A DNA stretch of 64,000 nucleotides from Octopus vulgaris. Lineage: Eukaryota. Positions 12,601-25,849 of the stretch are shown in pieces. The notes below the pieces were generated by a model. That model worked only from the letters and a program-made list of their open reading frames with translations, had not been told where the DNA came from and ran no database searches. The position numbers and the translations under genes were made by a program. Every line of letters begins with the position of its first letter. Position 1 is the first letter of the stretch. Location: contig OX597815.1 of NCBI GenBank assembly GCA_951406725.2, positions 173,786,001 through 173,850,000 of the forward strand, read 5' to 3'.

Positions 12601-13152
12601 GTGGCTGCCCCCTCGTTATCGAGTATGGCCATTGCATGAAGCTTAATCAATGTTGTTATCATGCAATGCCTGTGCAAGAAGATTCTTTTTTAAAGTGAGG
12701 AAAGGCTGTGCACTGAGTCAATCCCACTCACTAAGCAACAGCAGCCATAATCCGAAAAGAAGAACAAGTCAACATCATCGGTAACCACTGAGCTGCAGGT
12801 TTATGTTGGAGTTATCCCAGTTACCTGAGTTACCTTCTCCTAGAAGGATGCCCAAACAAAGGCTAGGAGTCCTTCACTCCCAATGGTTTAACCACGCGAT
12901 TGGGTATTCAGTCCAATTATTTCTATGTCCCCGCGCATGATACAGCCTTAAGACATTTATTGGATGGCTGTTGACTCTCAAGAGTTCCTCCGCCCTTTGA
13001 CGGGTTTTGTTTTTCATCCCGCAGGGTGTCCAATAAACACCTTCCTCACCAAGCAAGCTTGGTGGGGTTGCCGGTTTAGTCGCCGACGACCCGACCATGC
13101 AACAGGTTGTACTGGGTTACATGTTACCAGTAGCACTTGAAAGTGACTTGAC
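12601..13152 (-). mobile_element. Non-autonomous RTE-derived element (5' UTR-like part joined to 3' tail-like part)
   Basis: CpG-retaining island between (CATA)n runs. The minus strand has gcgactaaaccggcaaccccacc...tggtgaggaagg...ggacaccctg...cccgtcaaagggcggaggaac (RTE 5' UTR-like) and ends atggccatactcgataacgaggggg (RTE tail-like). The RTE assignment rests on recalled similarity. Confidence 0.6.
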
Positions 13153-13189
13153 ATAACATACATACATATATAATTTATTTATTTATTTA

Positions 13190-14870
13190 TTAGTAACATG
13201 TTACAAATGCAATACCATAAGCTCAACCTTTAAGAGACCCTAAATATGCAACATTTTATTGTTTTTTAATACCTAGAACAAAATAAATAGTTCAGAGGGA
13301 AAAAGATGTTCCCATTGAAGGTTATAGGTATATTACAGTTGATTACACTTTGGGAAGTGCCTATGCTATTAATTCCCAATCAGCAGGGATATTTCTACTT
13401 AAGGATATCCAACATGATGTTAGAGGAACAAAATCACTTCATCAGCTTCAGACAGTTGCATTTGTGCTATATACAAAATAACGGTCAGTGAGAAGCAACA
13501 ATGATGGAAGCAGTTGGTTCATAATCACTTACAAAACTGCAAGGCTTCTTTGCAGTTTCACTGAAAATATGCGAACTGTCATCTTCCAATGACCTGTAGA
13601 GTATTGTCTAATGTTTATTAACACCAATTACAGCAACATGATATTAGGATTGTCATTCATTCTAGGAATATTATATTAAGAGATCTCATGGATACTGATT
13701 ACAAAATTTTGGCAATGGGTGGAAACAAACTGCATAAATATGGTCTGTTTTATAGTAGCCAGACCAAGTTCAATGTGATCTCCATTAAGATACCAGTTTA
13801 ATAGATGGTTAAATGCAAAGCTAAGCTACTTGATAATCAGAACAACATTTTAAGCAACTGATGGCCATATTCAGATCAAGATGTGTGAAATATTCTATCG
13901 TGATGCACCTGGAGGAACAAGAACAATCTTTTTTAATAAAACTACTTCTGGTTGAAGTAAACACGAGGAAAATTGCCATGGCAGTTGCATCTTCAGGTAT
14001 TCTTGTCATACTGTCTGGATGCAAAACAGTTCACAATGCATTCAAACTACTGTTAAACTGCACTATTGATGATACAATACAACGTTAGTAGGTGTAACAG
14101 AAGTGCTAAAACAGTGTTTGATAACAAGGTAGAGTGAGCTGTGTCCTATAAAATTACTTTTAAGGCTTTGGATCACACTGTAAGGGATATTATGGGAATA
14201 AATTCTCCTTTTGGCAGAGTCTCAGAAGAGGTCATTTGTCAGATACTTTCAGTCATTCTCAAGGGGACAAAAACTGAGCAAACCAAAAATTGCTTGAAAT
14301 CATTACATTTAAAGATGCATAATGGCGGTGCCCCAGCATGGCCACAGCTCGTGAGCTGAAACTAGATAAAAAAAAATTAAGAAACTGAAACTAGAAACAA
14401 GCATAAAACCTTTTGGAACTTAGAGAGGAAACTGTTGTACCTGATCAAAATGGGACTATCTGTGGCTGACGTTAGTGATTGGTCAACAGCTGACCAACTA
14501 AAAAACAATTCTCAACATTCAACATAATTACCACACTTAAAAATGGCTCTGTGAAAAAGCAATATTTACATCAATTAGTGAAGCTGTTCAGATGATCAAT
14601 GATCAAATTCTTCAATAATTACATAAAGATGAATTTATCTACATTTCAATAGACATTGTTTTACATCCCAAACAAACTGTAAAGTATACTAATGTATTTC
14701 TCAACAGCCCAAAACTACTTGTGGTGAGGAAATTAGATGTTCTACATTTGTGTAATGACACAAGGTTGGTAGTCAAACAACTAATATATCTGATTGAAGA
14801 AACAAAATTGATAGGCTGTGTTGTTGGTAAGATTGCACTCATAACAAGAATTTAAATTATTCCCACTAAC
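13190..14870 (+). mobile_element. Decayed Helitron RepHel fragment (PIF1-type helicase)
   Basis: Motifs in order: PNQQGYFYLR, DAPGGT (Walker A remnant), FLIKLLL..KIAMAVASSGI..KTVHNAFKL, FKALDHTVRDI..PFG, QILSVILKGT..CLKS, WLCEKAI, LC-N-D-TRLVVKQL. Many stops and frameshifts. Confidence 0.88.
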
Positions 14871-15560
14871 ACTCCATGCATGTATGCATACATAACAAAC
14901 ATGCAAGCATGATGTATGAGCAAGGAAATTTATTTCATATTTCTTCAGTTTACTCAGTTGAAAATGAGTACCATCAAAATGTTGGTGAAACCCTCTCTCT
15001 TTCTCTCTCTCCAACTATCACATCCATGTTCAGCTAGGTCAAGGGTCAATGAGCTGAGAGAGGATTGCCTACTCTCAATTAGACAGGCACCAACAATGTT
15101 GTAGATGTTACCAAATAATACTCCTTTGTGTGTAATACTATGGGTATTTTATGTGTGCATGAGGTTTGTAGATATGTGAATGAATTAGTGTATACGTACA
15201 TTTAGGTGCACATAAATGTGTGTGTGTGTTTGGATGTGCCACATTGTAGCTCACTGCTTTGCACCTAAGTACCTGAAGCTTTGGATTGGGGCACATAATA
15301 AAGTCATAGGCTAGATGACTTTTTCTGATACTTTCTATAAAGCCAAGCAACACTGAGTACTGCTGACAGTACTTGAATAAAAAATAAATCATTATATGTT
15401 GATATGAAAAATGGCCTTATAATGGTTCTCTCATTAAGAGTTGCTTGGGACATAAGCTGAATTTTCATCCTTCTGGAGTCAGTAAAATAAATGTCAGTCA
15501 GATGCTAGGATAAATTTAAATAACTGTAGTTTCCTTCATAATTTGTTAAGAATCAAAATA

Positions 15561-16790
15561 CAGGGTGCACCAGTTTTTTAAGGACACCTCTTTCTCCTAA
15601 CTTTTTTTTCCACCTTATTTTTCAGACAAATAATGTCAGACATCAGAGTGACTTAGCAAATCGAATGGCACACTGTAATCATTGCCTTATAAGTGCAGCT
15701 TAGTGATACAGAGATAGTTTGATTCCTGAAAGTTGCCTGATCCTTCATTGTTAAAGTTTGAAGGAAATGGAAGCTGCCCACAAGGATCCAAAATCAGTGG
15801 CTAAATGCAAAATGCATGCAAAGGGTCTACTACCATTAGAACACATGACTTTGTACAAAAAGTCCAAGAAATAATCAATAAAAACCCTAGAAAGTCAATC
15901 AGAGCTATTGCAAAGGACCTTAAGGTCTTTTAGAAAGCACCATCAGAAGAGTTGTGCATGAGGACATCTAGTACAAATGATATATGATGTGGAGGGGTCA
16001 GTTTATGTTGGGATGCAACAAGAGAGAATTATTTAATCCATGTAAAGTACTTGCTAAACAAGTTAAAACACCAAAGAGCTGAATGCTTTGGTTTTTCTCT
16101 GATGGGGAGGGGGGACCTTCAATCAGGACCAAAAGGTAAATGGAAGAAACAACAGATAGTATGCATGACCATTGGAACCTCATCCATGTCTCTGCGCAAC
16201 CAAGTTCCCAGCAACTGTTATGGTTCTGAGAGTTGTCAGCAATAAGGGAGATGTTATATCTCCTCATTTTTTACACAGGGATTAATAAGAGTCAATGCCT
16301 CTGTCTACACAGAGGTGTTGGACAAAGTTGTGAGGCCCTGGATAGACTGAATACATAAGAGAATACTGTACACCTTCCAACAAGAATCAGTACCATCTCA
16401 GAAGTCTAAAACAACCCAAGTAGAGATGTGTGCCAATCTCCATGATCATGTTCTCCTAGCTCACCAGACAGCATTTCACTGGATTATTACATACGGGGTG
16501 TAGTTGAGAGAGAGGTCAATAAACACCCCCATAACACTACACAATCTGACAAGTTGCCATAACCAGCACTATGTCCCAAATTGATAAAGTTTATCTGATT
16601 TGGGCATGTCAATGCTTCTGACCCTGTATAGATGCAACCATTAATGCTAACAGTGGATTCATTGAATAGGAATGGTAAAAGGATTTTCAAGATTATCTGT
16701 ACCAATTTGTTTCCCAATACAGCTTTTCTTTGGTGAGCAATGAGTCATTTTCTAAATTCATACAAATGACCTCAAAAAAAAAAATATCCA
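15561..16790 (+). mobile_element. Decayed maT (DD37D-like) Tc1/mariner element, near full length
   Basis: Begins TA|cagggtgcaccagttttttaagg (TIR). Motifs WFFSD, DQKVN, KFPATVMVL.VVSN.GDV, VVRPWID, FQQESVPS and SSPD....LDYY. Confidence 0.85.
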
Positions 16791-17499
16791 AATAAACACA
16801 TACAACTATTTTAGTAAATAGGAACAAGTCCCATTCCTATCTATGATAAATTTGAATTATATACCCTAGATAAATACTAAGACTTATTATTCCTCTTTGA
16901 AGCATCTAAGAACACACCAACTTTAGATTTTGGGTGTGCATGTTTAAATAATATTTTCAGTCAGTTTTCTTTCACTAATACAATATCTGTAAATCCAAGT
17001 CAGAAAGTAAAAACCCAAAATTCAGATTAATATTCCATCTTTAATGTGCATCAAAAATACTATAATAAAGCATATTTTCAAAAAAGACCAGTTGACTAGA
17101 AGCAAAATTAGAAGTAGATGCAATATTTATATTAATAACATCCTTAAAAACCTTTCTTAATGCTCTAAGCAGATTTTGTAAATAGAAAGAATTGTAAGTC
17201 ACAGTAAATAATATTAACTACATATTTAGTTGTTCTGCTAATTTAACATATGGACATGTAGATAACTCTCATCAGCTGTCCTGTTTATGCTCTCAAAAGA
17301 TTTGAAGATTATTTTCTGCAGTGTTAACACTGTATGGGAGTGAAGCTTGGAACCTAAGGGTGACTATCACCAAGTGATTGAAGGCATTCAAGATGACATG
17401 ATGTATGTGAGTGCTCCATATCAGTTGAGTGGCCTGTACAAAAAAAAATTCATTCCTGGAAGAGACAGGACCAGAGCAAAACTAAACAATGATCAGATG

Positions 17500-17720
17500 G
17501 TGAAAACTGCAATTTTTTGCCCATGTTATCAGAGCCCAGAACCTGTGTCCACATCCTCATAGACTGAGTGAATAGGAAAAGGGCTCTTGGATATCAAAGA
17601 CGAAGATGGAGTGATGGTATCGAGAACTGGATGGAGAGGGCCCTGGCAGAGTGTCCAACTACAACATGAGACTAGTTTGTGGCAAAGAATGGGGTTTGCA
17701 TTTGGGGGCCTGATCTCAGT
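17500..17720 (+). mobile_element. Probable RTE LINE 3' fragment
   Basis: RKRALGYQRRRWSDGIENWM resembles the GxRxxGRxxxRW C-terminal motif of RTE ORFs. Confidence 0.45.
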
Positions 17721-19699
17721 TAGGAGGGTGAGCAGACTCATTTATTCGATATAATAATTGTTCTTGAATAGACAATTTAGGTCTAATTGTACACTGTAAA
17801 TAATTATTTGAACTTAAGACCTGGTACTTTGTTTAGCAATAACATATAAACATTTAATTAACAACAAAATAGGAAAGAATAACTAGATACCTTTCTGATC
17901 ATTTAAAGAAAATTAGTGAAGCTGATATTTTTCAGTTATAGTGATGAGAATTATTTTTCATAGTTATTGACTTGGATGGAACAGCTCTGGATACAGTTTC
18001 CCTCAATGTGTCCACATCCCGTGTCATTTCATTTATAAACCCAAAGGTTTATACTCTGTGCAACTCTCACCCCAGAAATTTTGCTTGATTTCACTTTTAT
18101 TGCAAATACCTTTCATCAGGAGTCTTAACACAGCTGAATGGCCTGATAGCAAAAGCAATTAAATAATCCTTAGATCACACTGTGCCATTTTAAAAATAGA
18201 AAAACACATTAAACAATGTTTTATGTGTACAAAAGATGGAATGACCATGAGTGGAAGGCTTTTAACTGCTCAATCACAGCTGACCTCTAGTTATACAACA
18301 TCTTGTGCTTTCATTTTTTTTCTGCACATATCAGCCATATCACTGATGCTCAGTTCCTTTAGTAATTTTCCTTGCATTCCATCTTTTTCATTCATTAACA
18401 TCATACATCTATACCATTCTCAATTTCTTTCATGCAGCTGTATTGCATCTCATGTTTCAATAGCTCACAGCATCACATTTCTTATACACACATATAGAGA
18501 GGCCCTTTATTACCAACAAAATTAGGAGTTCCCCAAGCTTTTACTTTGTCAAACCCAAGGCACAAAGCTATATCGCATGTTACATATTTAGCACTAATGT
18601 CATTTAATTAGCTACTACAGCTAACAATCTTGTCTTTGGTCTATAGACATATCTGTCCTTGCTATTAGCTTGTCAAAACAATACCTCCAGTACAATACAG
18701 TTTTAATTAAAACTGAAGCAGTGTTGATTGTTTATCAACTGATTCTTATTTTTATTTCTTTTTTATCTTGAAGATTCTTCAAGTTGTGACCACAGACAGA
18801 ATTGCCATATCTGCTTTAAAAAAATAGCTACAAACAAACATCACAGAAAAATATTCTATTGAAATCCTAACCAGCATAAATCAATTTTAAGAATAACACA
18901 TTCAAGTCCAAAATATATTGCATTATATCAAGGTGTACATTATGTTAGTAAAAAAAGCTTGATGAATTGACTAGTACAATAATGCAGCTACTTACTATGA
19001 GAAAAAATGCATTTGTTTTGTAGAATTTTAAATTTTCGCAGAAGAAAATGGCAGCTGTTATGATAGCAAATATAGCACAAGTCATTAGTAGCCTTGTACA
19101 AAAAAATGATAGTAACAAGTATTAGCTTTTTCTATTTACTAAGTCAGTTAACATTCTCAGGATGATGGAAAAGCAACTCTTCTTTTGATTGCTATCATGC
19201 TCTGATATTATTATGCATTTAAGTTATTGTTAAGACTCAAAGAATACATATTGGTTATTGGCACAAACTTATAAGCATTCAGGTGCCCCAAACTCTGTGT
19301 TAGATAAAAATTGTATATTTATTTGAGAAATAGATTAGAATCCAGTGGAGTAAGCACAACTTAGTAATTATGCTAATTCATTCCAGTAGAATGTTAAAAT
19401 GATCACTCTTCTAGTATCATATATGAGTCAAAGTACTTGGAAAGTCAGCAGTTTAATTCCAAACTTACTAATTTTAGTATTTACATGGTTGTTGTCAGTG
19501 AGACATGACACATATTGGCAACAAATACACAAGAAAGAATAGTTACACATTTTTATGAGGAAAATCTGCATTCAGGTTATGACCAGATTCTATCTTATCT
19601 GCATCTCAGTCACGTAAATAGCTGCCTGACTTGAATATATTGCCTAATATCATTAACTGTTCAGTTATACCTCACAATATTACAATACCTGCTATACCA

Positions 19700-20850
19700 T
19701 ATGTCATCTCAAATACAACTCTTTAGAATGACATAGGATCACAGCAAATGTGCTGAAAAACGATAGCAGTAACTGAATGAAAAACACTAACTTCCAGGCA
19801 TGCTACAACTAATGGTAGTCTCTAAGGAATGCTTATATCCCAATACTTTATTAATGGAAATACAGCTTTATCTTTACCAAAAGGAGCTGTTGAAGGAGCA
19901 ATTGTGTTAATTATAAAAGAATCTCGTAAAATTTGAATAAGATGCTTGCCCAAATTTTCTATAAATGTCATTTCTGCTGCAGATTATTTATAGTAGATAT
20001 AAACATATAAGAGTGGCAAAAATGCTTTTAGCAAAATCAGTCACAAATGAATATATACAAGCTGCGGCTTCAAATTATTCTGAGTAACCTTAGGCCCCTA
20101 TACAAAAATATAAAATGCAAGTCCTTGTCAGCTGCATAATATAATGTTGTAATATATTAACTGTTCTCCATGATGATAGAGTTGTATTCAAGCTGACAGT
20201 CTTGTATCTTATTTTCATAAATATACCTAGCATTTTGCTTCACATTTTCAGTGATAGAACATAGCTCAAAAGAATTAAGCTTGTAAAATTCTTGATAAAA
20301 AAAGCTTCTTCATGCAGTAACAATTTAGTATTATTGCTGCACATTAAGGGAGAACTTCTACCATTGTGCAATTATTATAATGCCACCTCCACAAAATTTG
20401 TATAGGGCTAGTAAAGCAGTTAATCAATGTTAGAATTGCCATGCTTTAGTGTATGCAATCAAAGCAATGTTGTTATACTTCATTTATCCAGTAGGTGATA
20501 AACAAAATAGAGTATACAGGCAAAGTACTATAACCTGTAAAAATCCCTGATGGAGAGAGAAGAGACCTTATTTGTTAACCAAAAGCAAAACCAAATTATA
20601 TACATTTTAAATGTATCCTGTAGGACATTAATACCCAAACTATATTGATATGAACATGAGTTTCAGTAGACAACTAGATTTGATAATGCAACCAACAAAA
20701 ACATGAGTACTGGAAGTTTATATGCCTTGTACTTAATTTTATTTTCCTCTGTTTCTTGTGATTAAGACTTGATCGATAATGCTACTCAAGGTATTGCCAT
20801 TCAACAAGATAGAAGGTCCCTAAGAATAAATTACTTTGCATTCAATAAAT
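19700..20850 (+). mobile_element. Possible highly decayed non-LTR relic (R4/Dong-like)
   Basis: Weak remnants only, e.g. gttgtattcaagctgacagtctt resembling GxxQGDSL. Family uncertain. Confidence 0.3.
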
Positions 20851-21099
20851 CATTTTGCCAAACTACTAAAATATTAAAAAGGTGAAAAAAGTGATAAAAT
20901 AAAAATTATAGTATAAAGATATTAAAAATGAACACTCCAAAAATGTCTGTATACACATGCACACACACACACACCTCCACATACATGCAAACTTTAAAAC
21001 CACTATAGGGTTTGATATTTTAATAATCATATTAACCTTAAATAAGATGTATAAATGTTCTTAGATTCTTAGCCTCAAGGCCACCATCCATTCATACAT

Positions 21100-21580
21100 T
21101 CATAGTGCTCAGGCTAAATTTAGCAGTTTGCATAAAAGGAAAAGAAAGCATAATATCCCATACAAAGGTAAAAGTATTCAAGAAAAAATCCCAAAATATC
21201 AGATTATGCCTGGAAGTTAAGTTTACTCTAACTGCTCTCAGCTTCCAAAACAGTCTCAAGATGGCTCTGGATCCTGGCACATGCATTCCTCAGTGTCCCT
21301 GGAAAGATCGTTGAACACTTTGTTGATCTTGGCCACCAGATCAGCCTTGGTGTTGGAAGCAGAGCAGCTGGTGTCTTTCTCAACTGCACCTCACACATAG
21401 TAATCCATGGGATTTCAATCAGGGAATGAGGCTGGCAATGTTGTAGAAATTCTGCTACGATCACCTCTAACTCATTGTGGAAGTATGGCAAAGAATTGAA
21501 TTTTACTGCCACATGTGACTTTCCAACAGCAACCCACACAAGCCAGAGACTGACTACAATTGGAAAATTTTCATGGATAA
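21100..21580 (-). mobile_element. maT/Tc1-mariner transposase C-terminal relic (second family)
   Basis: Minus strand WQ*NSILCHTS (QQDSAPxH remnant), PD*NPMDYYV*GAVEKDT and NACARIQSHLETVLEA. Confidence 0.75.
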
Positions 21581-21749
21581 AATTATGCATTTGCATTTTG
21601 ATACCTAGCAAAGTTAATTAAGTACTCTTCACTGGTCAAACTATAACCAGTATCTTTCCATGTCAGTGTTGCTATGAACAATAATAAAATTGCTCGTTCG
21701 CTTGCTTGCTTACATACATACATACATACATATGCACTTTTCATACACT

Positions 21750-22011
21750 AGTATGCAAGGTCCTGCAAGATTCCTGTGCAGGTGCCACATTAAAAGCACT
21801 AATGCCAGTGCCATGTAAAAGCACTTGTAAAAACACATGTAAAAGCACCCAGCACACTTTATAAAGTTGTTGGCATTAGGAAGGGCATCCAGCCATAGAC
21901 ACCATGGCAAATCAGACTGAAACTTGGTGCAGCTTTCCAGTTTGCCAGCTCTGGTCAGACCATCCAACCCATGCCAGCATGGACAACAAACGTATGATGA
22001 TGATGATGATG
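21750..22011 (+). mobile_element. SINE family C with internal GTAAAAGCAC repeats and (GAT)n tail
   Basis: ggcattaggaagggcatccagc...catccaacccatgccagcatgga...gatgatgatgatgat. Confidence 0.8.
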
Positions 22012-22639
22012 GTATATTTTTCAAAATAAAGAAATCCTAAGAGCCTATTTTGTTATTTAATTCACAGTTCATTTATTTTATATTTTATGAAGCCAAATTG
22101 GTAGTCTCTCAGTTAGTTGCAGATAATTATATCAATTGAATAGCTGTAAACATGAATTGTAATATCACACCTTGTCCTGGGTTTTCATTTTATGGCTTGG
22201 GATATTTAAGCCAGCATTTGGATGGTTATGATGTTAATATCCTCAGTTAAGTGAAATTTAGCCTTTGAAAAAGTTCAGTTTTTGAAAGAATAAATAAATT
22301 GAACTACAGAATAAACTATCTATTTTAAGTACATTAATATAAATATGCATGTCTTTTTAGATAAAAATATTTTAAAATTTAATTTTCAATCACCCTTACT
22401 TTCTCCATGTTTATTCTGAGTCCAAATGCAACACATGCAACCAAAACTCAACTAATTATAAGCTGCATGCCAATATAACTAACAAAATCAACATCTATAT
22501 AAAGCAGTTCTTAAAAGTTTTCAATTATTTGACTTGCAGTGTAACCTTTTCAAGTTGAAGACCTTCCTGTTGTTCTAACATTAGATGGATACCAACAACC
22601 CATTCTTGAAAAAAATGAGGATCATAACAAAATATATTG

Positions 22640-23030
22640 AAAATAGATTAGAAGCTAGGATATCAGCCTGTTTAACTCCTCTGTTTATAGCATTTTTATC
22701 TGAAAGATGTTGGCTGAATGTGATCTGAGCCTTCATATTATCATAATTCCTTCAACATTAGCTACATTTTAGCAGACAGCCCAACTTCCATGAATTTCCC
22801 ACAGTGCTTCTCCTGTTGATGGTATCAAAGACATTTGTAATGTTAACAAAGACCTGATGAAAAGGCACCTGCAAAATCAATACATTTTTTCTTTAAGTTG
22901 TTTTGCAAAGAACATCATCTCCATAGTACCTCTTCCTGATGAAAAACTTGATTGCGCTACAAGTAGCATTGAAGGACAGATGTCATTCATTATCTGATTC
23001 AAGAATAGTCTTCATAAAACTTTATTGTCC
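22640..23030 (-). mobile_element. RTE (BovB-like) RT fragment
   Basis: Minus strand AQSSFSSGRGTMEMMFFAKQLKEK resembles SQCGFRxGRGTxDMIFxARQLQEK, followed by an FDTINR..ALW remnant. Confidence 0.75.
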
Positions 23031-25014
23031 TTCAGATATAAGCATTTCAATGAAAATAAGTGAAAATGAGGATATTTATCAACAGCTGCTTTGAAATCTA
23101 AAGCTTCTCTGTTCAGGTTAAGGATTCACATTTATATTGAGAATTATTGGAGTACCATGCTATGTTAGTTAATAGCTAAATGACAATCTCAAAAAGATAA
23201 TGTTTTCAGATAGAAAAAAAAGTGACCAGATAAAAAATTCAACATGTATCACCTATCATTTTTGACATCTAAATTCTAGGAATTGAGCTTTGCTTCTTTG
23301 TTAGAAACTGCCTTTTCCCTTAGAGAAAGAATTCAAATAATCAAGAAAGAGAGACATATATAGGTGAAACCATAGAGTTCAAATAACTTATTCATTCTTC
23401 ATGCAAATAAAATCCAAAAACAAAATACCTTTCATAATGTTTACAAATTTTTCATATTCAGCTGACATTTTGTTTTTTTTTTGTTTTTTTTTTAAGAAAA
23501 AAAAGCTTCTTACAAAAAGAAAATATCTGACTATACTTTACAAAATCTCTACTATACATATCACTTTGAAAGTTCAAATCAATAAGATGATGCAATTCTT
23601 CTTTGTTAGTTAATTATGTTTACCCAAATGATGCAGTTTGTTTCAAGTGGACATTTGCAAGATGTAGACAATACCTTTCTGTCTCCCACATCAATTAAGT
23701 GACTCATAAGTTATAAAGCTTCCACAGAAAGGTCAAACCAGCACACACTGAAACATCAGACAGCATCATATAAGGATGTGATCCAGTACTTTAAAGCAAA
23801 CAAAATTATCAGGGAGTGATAACAGAAAATATGAAAATAAAAATTTCATAAAATACATACCAAATCGAAATAGGTCACAAAAAAGTAAACTATTTCAGAT
23901 GTAAGTAGAAAACTAATGGCATACTAAATGCAACACAAATACATATATACACATTGTTATTTAGCCCCAGTTTGGTCCAGAACAAATAAACCTATGATCA
24001 AAGATTTTGCAGCTGTGACCACTGCCTTCCAATGTATGTACTCTCCTATTTGAATACAGTAAGGTGTAATTTTAGGGAGATTTGGTTATTTCTAGTAGGT
24101 GAGTCAATTACGAAGTGGCTTATTGTTGATATTCCCTTTTATATCAAAGACGATATTGTTATGAAACTCTGCAATTTCAGGAATGCCTATATAGTTCCTT
24201 GTACAAAGTTGGACAATCATGAGCAACCACCACCCACCCTCCCACACTCAACCTCATGCAAATTCAGCTGCAGTTGCAAGTAATCATCTTCACATGTTAC
24301 TTTTGTTAATACCACATCACAAGTCTTTAAAGAATTAATTAATCAGATTCAATCTGATTATCTCAATCCCAAAGAAGCAATCATGCTGCACAGAAACCTG
24401 TGAGAGAAAGTTTACAAAATGATAGCTTTACAAAAGCAATTTCACTCTCTCTCAGCCTTAAAAGTCAGTGTCAATGGATGCAGAATTACAGCAGCTGAAA
24501 CTACTTTGGCTATGGTAGACAATGTCTTCTGTGCTTTGTTGTATTCTTTTCATTCACAATATTGCAACTGACTACCATGTATGCAAATAACTTATTTGGT
24601 ACTAGAAGAGAACTAGGTGATGAATGTGAACCACAGATTGATGAGATTACTTGAAAAGAATACAGAAATACCCTACGAGAACACAGTATACACATAAATA
24701 TATATGTGATTGATATAAACTCTTCATTAAAGCATAATCCCAAGAGATAAAACCAACATACTGTCAATAAAGCAAAAAACAAAATCACAAAAAGTGATAG
24801 GAAAAATACATAGAAATATTAATTAAAAAGCAAATGTGCTAATAAGTTTTACAAATTATTAACTATGAAAAATATACATCCCTACAAAGTCAAGGAAAGA
24901 TGTGAATAAAGAAATTTTTAAAAATCAGACTGAGATGACTTGAATGAACATAAAAATAAATTCAAGAAAGGTAACATATTTCATTCACAGAAAAGAAGAA
25001 ACATGTATAAGTAA

Positions 25015-25280
25015 CTAGACTACCCGTGACCTGTTAGGTCACCAGGAAACTCTGAGTTTCCCAGCAACAGAGTTTTGTTTTGTGGGTTGGATAGATTTGG
25101 CTGCTATTTCTTGCACGCCCTGCTATCACATAACAGGTATTTCGGGTCCTTTATCGCAAATAGCTGTTACGTGTTAGCAGAGCATGCTAGAAATAGCAGC
25201 CAAATCTTTGGAGGGGAGATACACTGAATGCACCCATAAAAAACTATTTCACACTGAGATTACGAACGGGTCTTTTATGA
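25015..25280 (-). mobile_element. Non-autonomous Helitron-like element 3' terminus with internal 50-bp inverted repeat
   Basis: The minus strand ends GTGACCT-aac-AGGTCAC gggtagt CTAG|T (hairpin plus CTAG). Internal arms lie at 25093-25142 and 25158-25207. 5' boundary not determined. Confidence 0.55.
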
Positions 25281-25849
25281 AATATCTACCATATTTTTAA
25301 AGCCATTTTCACTTTGGAATATTTTTTTTTAAATATGCCAAAGTTGTTTTAATCAAAATAAGACACAGAAAGACAAATGCAAAATCCAAAATTAGGCCCA
25401 TTATATGCTTGCCAACACTGTAAATGCCTTGACATTAACAAATAGGATCAACCAAAAGGTAAATCAATAATAAGCCTAAAATGAGGAGTTAAAAAAACAC
25501 CTCCACTTGTACATTTGAAAATTTAAAATCAACATGTATTCATAGGATTCATGAAAAGTACAATTCTAACTAAAAACAAAGCAAAAAAGAAAAAACTGAA
25601 AGTAAAGTCTTCAAGACTGGAAAGGACACTGAATAGTTAACTGAATGCCCAAAATAAAGATAGAAGCTAAGCTCTCCATATTGGTTGTCTCTGCTGTATC
25701 ATATCTATTCTGAAATAAGGTTAACAAAATGGAGAGACAGATGTACAGGATGATTGACACTGACAAACATATCTCTTTAGTAAAAAAAAAGCTTTTTTTT
25801 TTTCACCTCCAAACACTAAAATACTACACTTCATCTCACATGGCTCACT

